This document shows positions 1 through 13,379 of a stretch of 64,000 nt of DNA, one piece after another. This stretch comes from Octopus vulgaris (lineage: Eukaryota), in contig OX597824.1 of assembly GCA_951406725.2 (NCBI GenBank), forward strand, positions 91,078,001-91,142,000. Direction: 5' to 3'. The position numbers and the translations under genes were made by a program. How positions within the stretch are numbered: the first letter of the stretch is position 1; each line of letters begins with the position of its first letter. The notes beneath the pieces were generated by a model that had not been told where the DNA came from, made no database searches, and saw only the letters and a program-made list of their open reading frames with translations.

Positions 1-68
1 TCGAAGGCGATGCCCCAGCATGGCCGCAGTCCAGTGACTGAAGTAGAAAAATAAATAAAAGATAAACA

Positions 69-105
<37 letters not shown>

Positions 106-510
106 TTGTGTGTTGAAAGAAAACCGGATGCGAAACGTTAATCTCCACCACAAAGACGTGCCAAGCTGTTTTAGACATGACAGAGTCTATTCAACATGGA
201 AATTAAACACCTCCCTCATCTGAACAAAAGTTACTCCCTACCGTTTCAGTTCTGTCCACTTATGTCCTGCCGCTGACCGATTGACCTGTCAGTAGCAAAA
301 ACACATCACTAGCGTTATTTTGTTGGTTTTTTTTTACCGTAGTACCCAACACGTATTGACATGAATTCGGTTTAACCGGCATTATCCGGCAATTAATAGA
401 CAAAAATTCACACTAAATATAAATTTTATTTTGCCCGTGGACACCCCGCAACTTTCCCTATCCGAAAGGGTTTTTCGGACGCTATTATTGTGTTTCGAGA
501 CGAAAATTTA

Positions 511-876
511 TTCTTTTGTTCTTTTATTTGTTTCAGTCATTTGATTGCGGCCATGCTGGAGCACCGCCTTTAGTCGAGCAAATCGACCCCAGGACTTATT
601 CTTTGTAAGCCTAGTACTTATTCTATCGGATTCCCTTTTGCCAAACCGCTAAGTTACGGGGACGTAAACACACCAGCGTCGGTTGTCAAGCGATGTTGGG
701 GGACAAACAGAGACACACATATACGACGAGCTTCTTTCAGTTTCCGTCTACCAAATCCACTCACAAGGCTTTGGTCGGCCCGAGGCTATAGTAAAAGACA
801 TTTGCCCAAGATGCCGCGCAGTGGGACTGAACCCGGAACCATGTGGTTGGTAAGCAACCACTCGCACAGCCACTCA
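511..876 (-). mobile_element. tRNA-derived SINE family A (bipartite, internal microsatellite)
   Basis: Reverse-complement match to the copy at 1545-1953; head slightly truncated. Confidence 0.85.
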
Positions 877-1544
877 TTCAATAGTTTTGAATAGTCAAAA
901 ATAGTTTTCAATAGTCAAAACTATTGAAAAGGTTGCAAGACGCAACGAAAATTTTAGGACAATAAAAATAAGAAAAAAAGTGGAAATTTTACCGGTGAGT
1001 GTGTTAAATAATAAGGCACAAAAAGAAAATGACTCTCCCCAGACACAACAGAATATGCTTCAACACACGAACTCATATAAAGAATCTTGCAAACCAAATC
1101 CAAAAACGAAATAAGTTTTTAGATAATTGTATTGGAATTTCGGAATTTGAACTTCGAGCGTAACTAAACACTAAGTAACTAAATACTACTAGACATATTG
1201 TGTTGGGTGCTCTACCGATTCTGCCACTCTAGTGCCTTAAACAATGATAATCTTGTAAAAATCAACGAGAGAGCTTCTCCGTAGACCTTTGCTATGCTAG
1301 AGATAGCAGCCAAATCTTACTCAAGTAGATCTGTCTAAAGAAAAAGGGATTTGTACATCACAGCCGGAGCGTTGTTAAGTACAAGTTCTCCTTAATTAAG
1401 GCTTACTTTAGGGGAACAACAGCAAAAGCTTGCATATTACTCCTAATTACATAATGACTGTTTTGTAGTACCAACGAGAAAGCCTCTAGTTAGTCACCTG
1501 ACTCACTAGAAATACCAGCCCAATTTCCCTAAAAGCACTCTGAT

Positions 1545-1692
1545 AGGCGCAGGAGTGGCTGTGTGGTAAGTAGCTTGATAACCAGCCACATGGTTCCGGG
1601 TTCAGTCCCACTGCGTGGCACCTTGGGCAAGTGTCTTCTGTAAGTGGATTTGGTAGACAGAAACTGAAAGAAGCCTGTCGTATACATGTGTG

Positions 1693-1741
<49 letters not shown>

Positions 1742-1953
1742 GTTTGCGTGTCTGTGTTTGTCCCCCTAGCATTGCTTGACAACCGATGCAGGTGTGTTTA
1801 CGTCCCCGTTACTTAGCGGTTCGGCAAAAGAGACCGATAGAATAAGTACTGGGCTTACAAAGAATAAGTCCCGGGGTCGATTTGTTCGACTAAAGGCGGT
1901 GCTCCAGCATGGCCGCAGTCAAATGTCTGAAACAAGTAAAAGAGTAAAAGAGT
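1545..1953 (+). mobile_element. SINE family A, near full-length reference copy
   Basis: Head GGCGCAGGAGTGGCTGTGTGGTAAG (A box) and GGTTCAGTCCC (B box), then CCTTGGGCAAGT (CORE-like), an internal (TA)(TG) tract and a tail ending in (GTAAAAGA)n. More than 20 copies or fragments occur in the window. Confidence 0.9.
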
Positions 1954-2420
1954 ATATACTCTATAGGAGAGGACGTGTTTTCTATCTGAAGTTCCTGAAA
2001 AGTCAATCTTCGACGCGAGTTAATTTATTTTGTTGTTTCGTTAAATTAAAAAAAAAAAGCAAGTCGGAAAATAAACTCAAAAGTACTCTTAGCGACCTCG
2101 GGATCCAAACCGATTCATTAAGTAGACAATAGAAATAGATATAAATTCAACAAAAATCGATATGAATGATGAAGTCAACAGCTTGACTTGATTTCATTAT
2201 CGAACCGACCAATGAATAAGCGATAAAAAAAAAAAAGAACACCAAAGAAAATAAGACACAGCAGAGCAAAAGAGAACGCGCTTCAGTGATCCATATGTAG
2301 AGGTAGAACGGTTAATCAATTGGTGGATGGGAACCATATGAAAGCATGGTTGGGTGCCTAAGACGCACGTTTGACACTCACGTGGTTTCGGGATCAGGTT
2401 CACTGCACAGTATCTTGGGT

Positions 2421-2722
2421 GGAGGCACATGGCCTAGTGGTTAGAGCAGCGGACTCGCGGTCGAGGGATCGCGGGTTCGAATCTCAGACCGGGCGATGTG
2501 TGTGTTTGTTAGCGAAACACCTAAGCCCCACGTGGCTCCGGCAGAAAGTAATGGCGAACTTCTGCTGAATCTTTCGCCACAACTTTCTCGAACTCTTTCC
2601 TCCTGCATCTTGCAGCTCACCTGCAACGGACCGGCGTCCCGTCCAGGTGGGGAACCTATACGCCAAGGAAACCGGAAAACCGGCCCTTATGAGCCAGGCA
2701 AGTGGCTCGAGAAGGAATAAAA
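2421..2722 (+). mobile_element. tRNA-derived SINE family C with a V-domain-like tail
   Basis: Head TGGCCTAGTGGTTAGAGCAGCGGACTCG...GGTTCGAATC; tail CCTGCAACGGACCGGCGTCCCGTCCAGG. A reverse copy lies at 49765-49998. Confidence 0.8.
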
Positions 2723-3152
2723 ACAGTATCTAGGGCAAGTGTTTTCTTTTGAATGAATTTGAAAGACGGAAACTGTGTAGAAGCCTGTGTATGAGTGTTT
2801 GTTCCCACCACCCGGAGTTGATATCGGTGTCGGCTGGTTTACGCCCCCGTAAATAGCAGTCGGGCAAAAGAGGTCGATAGAATAAGTGCACAACTTACAA
2901 AGAAGTACTGGAGTCGATTTCTTCGTCTGAACCCTTCAAGGCGGTGGCTAATGAATGTCCAAAAAGAATTTCAAAAAGCAGCATCTGAAAGGCGAAACAC
3001 AGATAAACAACAAAACCGCTCAATAAAAATTAAGAGAAGTCAAGACATTGGCAAATGGTACGACGACAACCGCGGACAACGCCTTAATAAAATAACATTA
3101 GAATGGAACCGATGAACATAATAACCAATACAAAAGGAAGAAAACATTCCAT

Positions 3153-3414
3153 AAGGCACAGGAGTGGCTGTGTGGTAAGTAGCTTGCTTACCAACCACAT
3201 GGTTCCGGGTTCAGTCCCACTGCGTGGCACCTTGGGCAAGTGTCTTCTACTATAGGCTCGGGCCGACCAAAGCATTGTGAGTGGATTTGGTAGACGGAAA
3301 CTGAAAGAAGCCCATCGTATGTATATATATATATTCCCTCTTTCCTGAGCGCCTAATAATAATACTTTAATTGTTCCACGTGTTGTTGTTTTTTCTGTTT
3401 TCCCGTTTGGATTA

Positions 3415-3483
<69 letters not shown>

Positions 3484-3698
3484 GTTTTTGTACCCCCCCC
3501 AACATCGCTTGACAACCGATGCTGGTGTGTTTATGTCCCCGTCATTTAGCAGATCGGCGAAAGAGACCGATAGAATAAGTACTGGGCTTACAAAGAATAA
3601 GTCCCGGGGTCGAGTTGCTCGATTAAAGGTGGTGCTCCAGCATGGCCGCAGTCAAATGACTGAAACAAGTAAAAGAGTAATAAAAGAGTAAAAGAGTA
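3153..3698 (+). mobile_element. SINE A with a Penelope-like fragment (3335-3419) nested in its internal (TA)n
   Basis: Both SINE halves are intact; the insert matches the 3' part of the element at 33030-33240. Confidence 0.85.
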
Positions 3699-3989
3699 AT
3701 TGCATATAAAACTAGAATGAACGCGTCACCACCACACTAACGCAAAAGGAAAAAAGAAGACGGCTGTCATCTTAAGATCGCGGTGGCATGAAACTTGAAG
3801 CGACAAAAATTCAGTATAAATAAAATATAACGGATATGATATGCAATACATATTGGGTACTCTATTCCTCTTTCGATGACAAACCATAACAGATATAAAA
3901 GTGTATAGAATCTTTCTACACACAGAGAGGAGACCTTATGTATGTATGTATGAATGTATGTATGTATGTATATGTGTATGTTATTACGT

Positions 3990-4040
<51 letters not shown>

Positions 4041-4049
4041 AATATTTGT

Positions 4050-4104
<55 letters not shown>

Positions 4105-4286
4105 ATTTATGTATATGAACAAACGCATAAATGCGCGCGCACACGCACACCATAGATTCAAACTGAAATGTCATACGATCATGTTTTTGAGATATATATG
4201 TCTGAAGTTTACAAACATAAAAACTATAAACATTGAAAGTGTATATCGAGGCACGTTTAGACATGTATGAACTATAAACAAACAAT

Positions 4287-4374
<88 letters not shown>

Positions 4375-4675
4375 CTTGAATGTTACATTTCCCGTTCTCT
4401 TCGATATACGCAGGTAAAAAGGACTCGTTGTGTAAATGCCAAGTGTGGAAACGATCCCCCGCCGCTGACACTGAAAGACAGAGAAGGAAGGACGAAATGT
4501 GAACGTAATCTGACCCCTTTTTTTAAAGGTCTTATTCATAAATAAGTCGTTTCCCAACCATGTGGTCTTGTGTTCAGTTCTACTGTGTGGCACCTTGGGC
4601 AAGTGTCTTCTAGCTTAGCTCCAGGTTAACCGAAGCCTTGTGAGTGGATTTTGTAGACGGAAACTGAAAGAAACC

Positions 4676-4908
4676 TATTTCTTTACTACCCACATGGGGC
4701 TAAACACAGAGGGGACAAACAAGGACAGACAAACGAATTAAGTCGATTATATCGACCCCAGTGCGTAACTGGTACTTATTTAATCGACCCCGAAAAGATG
4801 AAAGGCAAAGTCGACCTCGGCGGAATTTGAACTCAGAACATAGCGGCAGACGAAATACCGCAAAGCATTTCGCCCGGTGTGCTAACGTTTCTGCCAGCTC
4901 GCCGCCTT
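4676..4908 (-). mobile_element. SINE family B (Meta/MESC-core-like) nested in a SINE A
   Basis: Head GGCGGCGAGCTGGCAGAAACG, B box GAGTTCAAATTCC, core GCCTTTCATC...GGGGTCGAT...AAGTACCAG. Flanked by a 28-bp duplication at 4648-4675 and 4909-4936. Confidence 0.88.
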
Positions 4909-5854
4909 ATTTGGTAGACGGAAACTGAAAGAAACCAGTCGTGGATACACACGCACACATATACATATATATATATGTGTGTGTGTGTGTGTGTAGTGGG
5001 ATTGAACCCAGAATCACGTAGCTGAGAAGCAAGCTTCGTATCACACAGCCACAGTGTGAGAAAGTGAAAGTAGCAAATGAAGAGAAACTAGTTTAAAGGA
5101 TAAAAGTTTGTGACTCGGTGATTGAATCCACGTCTGAATTATCAAAATATAGAAAAGCCAGGGCTTTCTATATAACACAAATTGTTAGAGAATTAGAAAG
5201 TAAAATTAGTGTAGTTCTAGCTAGGGACCCAATAGTTAGTCACAGGCTCTTCACTGGCTCAAGATCCCAGATAAATGTATTAGCTGAATCTATCTGGGAT
5301 CCTGAAAGCCAGTGAATTCTAATTCTTGCTTTTGGTACACAAGATCAGCAATTATGAGGGGATGAGACAATCAATTACATAGACCCCAGTATTCAACTGG
5401 TACTTATTTTATCGCCCTCGAAAAAAAGGAAAGGTATTGACAATCTCGGTGACTTTTAAACTCAGACCGTAAAGAACCGGAAGAAATACCGCAAGTCGCT
5501 TTGTCCGACTCTGTGACGATTCAACTTGTTCACCGTTTTTAGTATGTAACTAATTTTCAAATTTATATCTAACTAAATTTCAATTGGTTTCAAATTTTGG
5601 CACAAAGCCAGCAATTTCTGGGGGAGGGTTGGGTCGATTACATCGACCTCGGTGATCAACTGGTACTTATTTCATCTGCAAAGACGGACAATATGCCGCT
5701 AAGCATTTTTCCGGCGCAGTAACCATTCTGCCACCTCGCCTCATTGCTTGCATCTTATATTAATTTCAAATTTTGGCACAAGGCCAGCAATTTCAAACGA
5801 GAGGTAAATCGATTACTTCTACCCCAATGCTCGACTGGTACTTATTTCATCGAT

Positions 5855-6029
5855 TACTCTTTTACTCTTTTTCTTGTTTCAGTCATTTGACTGTGGCCAT
5901 GCCGGGGCACCCCCCTTAAGCCTGGTACTTATTCGATCGGTCTATTTTGCCGAACCGCTAAGTTACGAGGACATAAACACACCAGCATCGGTTGTTAAGC
6001 TATGTTGGTGGGACAAACACAGACACACA

Positions 6030-6109
<80 letters not shown>

Positions 6110-6285
6110 CATACATATATACGACGGTCTTCTTTCAGTTTCCGTCTACCAAATCCACTCATAAGGCTTTGGTCAGCCCGAGGCTATTGTAGAAGACACT
6201 TGCCCAAGGTACCACGCAGTGGGACTGAAGCCGGAACCATGTGGTTGGTAAGCAAGCTACTTACCACACAGCCACTCCTACGCCT
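5855..6285 (-). mobile_element. SINE A
   Basis: Matches the family A consensus with an internal deletion. Confidence 0.85.
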
Positions 6286-7021
6286 ATTCAGAAAGGGTGA
6301 ATGACAAAGGTCGACCTCGACGGCATTCGAACTTGGAACTTAAAAAGACGGACGAAATGTCGCTAAGCATTCTGGTCGGCGTCGCATGTAAATTATATTA
6401 AATTTCAGTTTAGACCGATTTAAAAAAAAAATTCTTTTCTTTTCTTTGGCTTTTAAGATTTTCGGAACTCCAACGATGGGCGGATTAGGATTTTGAACGA
6501 GTGCAAAATTTCCAGCCGCAAGCAAGCAAAGTTTACGCCCCTCATCTTCACTGCATAAGACCTCGAGGCTCTTTTGTTGCTTCGTTACTCCTCGATGACT
6601 CGTGTAGAAGATATCTTCTACAGTACATGTCTTTTGTGTAGCTGTGTAGTTGAATGTATTATTTGAAAAAGAAAGGAGAGAAAGAAAAAGAGACACAGTT
6701 TGAGTGAAACAGGCGGTGGGGGAGATCAAGTATGGGCTCGGCGTATGAGAAAGAGAGAGCGGGAGAGCGACTTGGGGAGAGAAGAAAAGAAACCACACAC
6801 ACTCACAGAGATAAATGTCCTTTGTTTTCTTTGTTGTTGTTGTTGTGTGTCATTGACAATTGTCAGAGACACGGGAGGTTCAACGAAGTAGTTTTTACCT
6901 GCTGTTGTTACCATGATGAGTCATGACTGATTGAAATACGTACACAGCTGTTTACGTATGAGGAGACAGAAGTGAGGGAATGTGTGTGTGTGTGTGTGTG
7001 TATACAAATTTATACATATAC

Positions 7022-7084
<63 letters not shown>

Positions 7085-7221
7085 GATACTTTGATACTTT
7101 GATAGGTTTCGGCCATTATTGGCCCAGGCCATGTCTAACTTCATAGCACCACCTGGTGAAGTCTTTCAAGTCAGAATTTGGGCACTATGGCCCACTCAAG
7201 TAGAGAGTTATTGTTTACAGA

Positions 7222-7302
<81 letters not shown>

Positions 7303-7345
7303 TTATGTATGTATGTATGTATGTATGTATGTATATATGTGTGTG

Positions 7346-7655
7346 GAGGCGCAATGGCCAAGTGGTTAGGGCAGCGGACTCGCAATTGTTGTAGGATTGC
7401 GGTTTCGATTCCCAGACCGGGCGTTGTAAGTGTTTATTGAGCGACAACACCTAAAGCTCCCCGAGGCTCCGGCAGAGGGTGGTGGCGATCCCTGCTGTAC
7501 TCTTTCGCCACAACTTTAACTCACTCTTCCTTCTGTTGGCCTGCTCGCTTAGCCAGCGGGGTGGCGTCATTTGAAGACTAAAACAATGCGAAGCGCATTG
7601 TGACCAGCGATGTATAGCAACATCTGATAGCTTGGTCGGTCACGGTGATCACGGT
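7346..7655 (+). mobile_element. SINE C with an alternative tail ending in (CACGGTGAT)2
   Basis: Same tRNA-like head as 2421, 28900 and 32455, but an unrelated 3' tail. Confidence 0.8.
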
Positions 7656-8696
7656 GATATGTATATATATATATATATATATATACGACAGGCTTCTTTC
7701 AATTTCCGTCTACCAAATCCACTGGCCTGAGGCTATAGAAGACACTTGCTCAAAGTGCTACTCAGTGAGACTGAACCCAGAACCATGTGGTTGGGAAGTA
7801 AGCTTTTTGCCACACAATATATGTGTCTTTATCTTTTATCTATTACTTGTTTCAGTTATTGGATTGCGGTCATGCTGGAGCACTGTCCTGAAGGAACTTA
7901 GTTAAGCAAATTGACCCCAGTATATATTTAAAGGTATCATATTATTCCATCGATAACTTTTGACGAACCGCTACTAAATGCAGATGTAAAGAAACCAATA
8001 TCGATTGTTCTGGGTCTGTGGTGGAAGAGAATTACTCAATGCGCCGCGCACTGTGATCGAACCCGAAACAAAATGACTGCAAACCGAGCTTCTTAACCAC
8101 ACAGCTATGCTTGGGCTGCTCGCAACATTTGGGTTTATGTTCTGAGTTCAAATTCCCATCGAGGTCAGACTTGTTCATCATCCTTCCGCGGTCGATAAAA
8201 TAAAGTACCAATCAAAGAATATCGGTAATCGATATGATATTCCTATCGGGCAATCGTGGTGCGGAACGGGGTTGAAATGAAAGAATTAGGGGAAGAAGGA
8301 CTATGCAAATGAGAAGAGATGTCTGAAGTACATTGAACTGCTACGGGGTCATGCGCAAAGAGGAGAAACAGAAAGATTAAAAACAAACAACCATTTCACT
8401 ATAGAAAAATATTCCAGTCTGATTCGTTTTCTTTGAATAAACAGAGACACGTCAATAAATTCGAACAAAGAAATACAATTCCAAGACAAACACCCAAAAG
8501 TGCTTCCCCTTCGTTTATTTTCTTCATCATTTATATCGATTCCCGTTTAAGGTGTTCTTAAAAATTAAAAGTTTTATTTTCTTCTCATTCCCCCCTAATT
8601 TATAACCCCCTCGGTTATTTTGCATGTGGTTATATATTCGAATAATGCGGCGTCTTTTTTTAACTTGCACTACCCACTCTAGTCGGACTATTCCTG

Positions 8697-9258
8697 TACA
8701 TACATACATATGTACATAACATACATACATACATACATTGCATACATAACATATATGCATGCATTCATGCATACATACATACATACATACATACATACAT
8801 GCATACATACATACATACATACATACATACATACATACATACATACATACATGCATACATACATACATACATACATGCATACATACATACATACATACAT
8901 ACATACATACATACATGCATACATACATACATACATACATGCATACATACATACATACATACATACATACATACATACATGCATACATACATAACATACA
9001 TACATACATACACACATACATACGTACATACATACATACATACATACATACATGCATACATACATAACATACATACATACATACATACATACGTACATAC
9101 ATACATACATACATACATACATACGTACGTACGTACGTACATACATACATACATACATACATACATACATACGTACGTACGTACATACATACGTACGTAC
9201 GTACATACATACATACATACATACATACATACATACATACATACATACATACATACAT
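8697..9258. repeat. (CATA)n microsatellite with CATG/CGTA variants
   Basis: Directly visible. Confidence 0.97.
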
Positions 9259-9420
9259 GATAAGCTTCTATTTTGAAATCTCTGATGAGAAACTATCGTC
9301 CGAAACGTTAAGGACTTCATTTCTGCTTCTCAAGCGTTAAGCTAATATCGTATTTACCAACTTTTGCTCATTCTCTGATGTTCTCTTCAATTTTTAATTT
9401 AAAAAAATTTTATTGTATGA

Positions 9421-9620
9421 GTTTCAGTAATTTGACTGCGGCCATGCTAGAGCACCAGCTTTAGTCGAGAAAGTCGACCCCAGGACTTATTCATTGTAAG
9501 CCTAGTACTTATTCTATCGGTTTCTTTTTGACGAACCGCTAAGTTACGGGCACGTAAACACACCAGCATCAGTTGTCAAGCGATGTTGGTGGGGGGACAA
9601 ACACAGACACACAAACATAT

Positions 9621-9651
<31 letters not shown>

Positions 9652-9653
9652 TC

Positions 9654-9696
<43 letters not shown>

Positions 9697-9854
9697 GACA
9701 AGCTTCATTCAGTTTCCGTCAACCAAATCCACTCACAAGGCACTGGCTGGCCTGGGGCTTATAGTAGAAGACACTTGCCCAAGGTTCCATGCAGTGGGAC
9801 TGAACCCGGAACTACGTGGTTGGTAAGCAAGCTACTTACCACACAGCCACTCCT
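9421..9854 (-). mobile_element. SINE A
   Basis: Matches family A. Confidence 0.85.
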
Positions 9855-10151
9855 TAATGTTCATTAATCTTTCACTGTATCCATACGTATGTGTGTATTT
9901 ATGTTTGTACCAGTTTTAGCATTCAACGTAGTTAATTTTGTGCCACTTTATATAGCTGTTCGACAAATAGATACCGATAATATAAGTACCAGGATGAAAT
10001 TTTTAAATGTATTTCTTCTTCCTTTGCGACCACGTGCTTTCGCGTTCAGTCCTGCTGCACCTTGGGCGTGTGTATTCCACTACGCTACCAGACTGACTAA
10101 TGCCTTATGAGTGAATTTTGTCGGCGGAAACTATGGAAGCTCGTTCGTTAA

Positions 10152-10385
10152 GGAGGTGAGCTGGCTGAAACATTAGGATGCCGGGCGAAATAGCCGTATT
10201 TCGTCTGCCGTTATGTTCTGAGTTCAAATTCCACCGAGGTCGACTTTGCGTTTCATCCTTTCGGGGTCGATAAATTAAGCACCAGTTACGCACTGGGGTC
10301 GATATAATCGACTTAATCCGTTTGTCTGTCATTGTTTGTCCTCTCTGTGTTTAGCCCCTTGTGGGTAGTAAAAAAATAGGTATTG
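10152..10385 (+). mobile_element. SINE B
   Basis: Matches family B; ends in AAATAGGTATT. Confidence 0.85.
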
Positions 10386-11181
10386 AGTAAGAGGGAAAGA
10401 TTTTTTTCAAAACATTGAGAAAAAAGAAAAGAAAAAATATTGGAATTTCGAACACAAAAAACAGCACATTTTTGTTTTCCGAATCATAATTTCCATGGAA
10501 ACTCTCGAATACCACCCTAACCTATAAAAGGGTGGCTTTTACATCTCTTTTGAGGTATGGAGTGCTTAATTCGAAATTCTGCCGCCTGTCATACTTCAAT
10601 CGACATTGATTGATACGATTCATATCCATTATTGTTAGAACTTTTCAAATTTCTCCAAACATCGAATTGGAGAAATTCCTTTACGGTCTTCACACGCCAT
10701 TCATTTCATTCTTTCATTTTCATCGATCTCTTCATTGTCCGCATCTTCTTATGCGCACACGGCTGATCCGAATTAACACCCGAATTAGTTTTTCTTCTCG
10801 TCTGTTCTCCGTGATCATTGGGGTGAGATTATTTTACATTGTTATTTTGTTGATGGGGAATAACAGGGAAATTTCCCCGGAAGCAGCAGACGACTCCTAA
10901 CAATGGAGCTGCGTTTATTAAGAAAGAAAAAAAACAAACAAACAAAGACTTCCTAATCCGAAGTTTTGAAAACCATTGAGAACTGTAGCGGAATAATTAT
11001 CGGGACATTGTTTGGAATTATCATGATGTCGAGGTGAAACATTGAGATCTTAGGAGATTGGGGGAAGGAGTTGAGGGAGTGGAAGGAGTCGACATTTGGC
11101 ATCAGCCAATTATCTGTGTTAATTTGAAATCCGTACACACACACACACACACACACAGACACAGACACAGACACAGACACA

Positions 11182-11265
<84 letters not shown>

Positions 11266-11269
11266 TATA

Positions 11270-11425
11270 TAGGGAGAATTCACGAAAAAAACAAAAGACC
11301 AAGACAGGTGGTGTAGAAAACACAGATGTATTAGTATAACGCTCGGGAAGTGAAAAAGTCTTTAACGTTTCGAGCATACGCTCTTCAACAGAAAGGAACA
11401 TAGAAAGAAACAAGGAGGGAAAAAA
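11270..11425 (-). mobile_element. Short Penelope-like element with a hammerhead-like motif (11360-11395)
   Basis: Minus strand reads cttt-CTGTTGA-A-gagc(gtat)gctc-GAAACGTT-aaag; flanked by TA repeats. Confidence 0.7.
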
Positions 11426-11433
11426 TATATATA

Positions 11434-11648
11434 TTGGGTTGGTGCATAATTATTGCGACTTTTTTCCAACAAATTTTATTCAACAAAAACAATAATATGT
11501 AACAAAAACATGTTTAAATAATTATTCCGGAGCATATTTACCATCTACTTCAATTACTGCTTCCCATTTGCTTGGCAGACGGTCAGACCGCCATTTAAAG
11601 ATGTTTTTGTTAAATATTGTTTTTGTTTTTGTTGAATAAAGTTTGTTG
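11434..11648 (-). mobile_element. Mariner-derived foldback fragment
   Basis: TA followed by the mariner-type TIR TTGGGTTGGTGCATAATTATTGCG. The minus strand encodes DRLPSKWEAVIEVDGKYAPE*, resembling a mariner transposase C-terminus. Inverted arms at 11468-11519 and 11593-11648. Confidence 0.8.
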
Positions 11649-11758
11649 TAGGTTCAATTTGTGGCCCAGATAGTGAGTTTGCATCCTTGAACAAGGACAC
11701 TTTATTTCACGTTGACACCAGACTTCTCAATCGAAGATGGACCAACCGAGTTCTGTAT

Positions 11759-12460
11759 TCCACGAGAGTTCCAGATCCCAGTAATGAACTCGTTTGCATA
11801 CAGCCAATCAGAGCTCATCTTGTCCATGTCAAGTTAACAAACACTCTACCAAACAAACTCAAAACGAAGAACGATGTTGTAAGTCGACCGATCGCCAAGT
11901 TATGCCTGATTTTAGAAGGAGACAATCAGATAGATTTGCATCTATATTCGGATTTTATTAGGGGCCCATATGGTAAAGATGTGCTAGCAACCCTCTCCCC
12001 TTCCTGTTTTACTAAATAAACAACCACACAAATAATTACGCAGAAAATAAGCATTATTTATTTCTTTATGGCCGCCAGGGGGCTAAACATAGAGCTGACA
12101 AACAAGGACAGGCAAACGGATTAAGTCGATTAGATCATCCCCAGTGCATAACTGGTACTTATCTAATCGACCTCGAAAGGATGAAAGGCAAAGTCGAACT
12201 CGGCGGAATTTGAACTCAGTACGTAACGGCAGACGAACTACTACAAACCATTTTCGCCCGGCGTGCTAACGATTCTGCCACTCGCCACCCTAAGGAAAAC
12301 AAGCAATCTTAAAAGAGAAAAGAAGCATGGTTATTCTTTACCCAAGGGACCTTATCTTATCGCCCATCACTCGTTATGCGCTCATAAATTAATTTGATAG
12401 TTGAGCTCTGATTGGCTGTATGCAAATGAGTTCATAATTGGGGTCCGGAACTCTCGTGGG
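11759..12460. mobile_element. Putative MITE with ~60-bp TIRs, interrupted by a SINE B (12055-12292)
   Basis: ccacgagagttccagatcccagtaatgaactcgtttgcatacagccaatcagagctca recurs as its reverse complement at 12399-12460. Confidence 0.7.
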
Positions 12461-13379
12461 AAAAATAATTTCGCCTCTAACAGGGGTTCTGTCTGTTTCT
12501 AAAAAATACAGCCATTTTACTCAATTCAAAAGAAAAATAAAAGTAAATAAAGTTTAAATTATAATTTATTGTGTTGCTAAAAGTAATTTAAGTTTTAAGA
12601 TTTGCGCATTAAAAAAAACAACAACCCCAAAACAAGGGCCTCTTTTGTAGCATAATTTACTAGCCCCACAGTTTTTAACGCTGCTGTGACAAAAAGGCTG
12701 TCGTTATAAGGGTCGACAGAGCATAGGTGATTTCACGTATAATGAACAGCATTTGAAGCGGCCCTGGGTGGAGTGGTGGTGTAAAGAAGGCGAATAACTT
12801 TGAGTCACGGTCAGTATTTCTGACCTTTAGATGACCTGTCTGGACCAATCAATTTATTTTGCTACCTGTGTTTTCGACAAAAGAGAAGGGAACGTGTGTA
12901 TACCTGTGTGCGCGCCTGAGCTTGTGTGTATGTGTGCATGTGTGTGTGCATGTATGTGTGTGTGTGTGTGAGAGAGAGAGAAAGAGAGAGAGCGAGAGCG
13001 AGAGACCGTAAGAATATACCTGTGTACCTATGTATGTCCTATGTGAACAAAGCATGTTTATAATCACAAATTAATCACCTTCACGCATCATTCCTTCCTT
13101 CTTTCCTTCTTTCCTTCCTTCCTTCCTTCCTTCTCTTTATTTTTTCCTCCGTTTATTCTCTTTCAGATCATCTCCTTCGAAAGAAAAGACACCTAGAAGA
13201 AAGAAAGAAAAAAATATATTCTCCTACTGAACGTCATCGCTTTATTCTGTTCACATTATTTTCTACTCACCGTATTTGATGGCATATAAGATACATTTTT
13301 TCTATAAAAAAAAAGTCTGAAAACCACCATGCAAAATTGTGCCTCTCCTCACCAAATTTTGTCCCAGACGCACATGGTT

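Noticed and set aside
2421-2495. tRNA-like sequences (also 7346, 28899, 32680 and the SINE A/B heads)
   Set aside because: They have A/B boxes but no proper cloverleaf or acceptor stem and continue into SINE bodies, so they are not tRNA genes.
10866-10878. GGGAAATTTCCCC NF-kB-like palindrome
   Set aside because: A single short motif with no supporting context; it could be chance.
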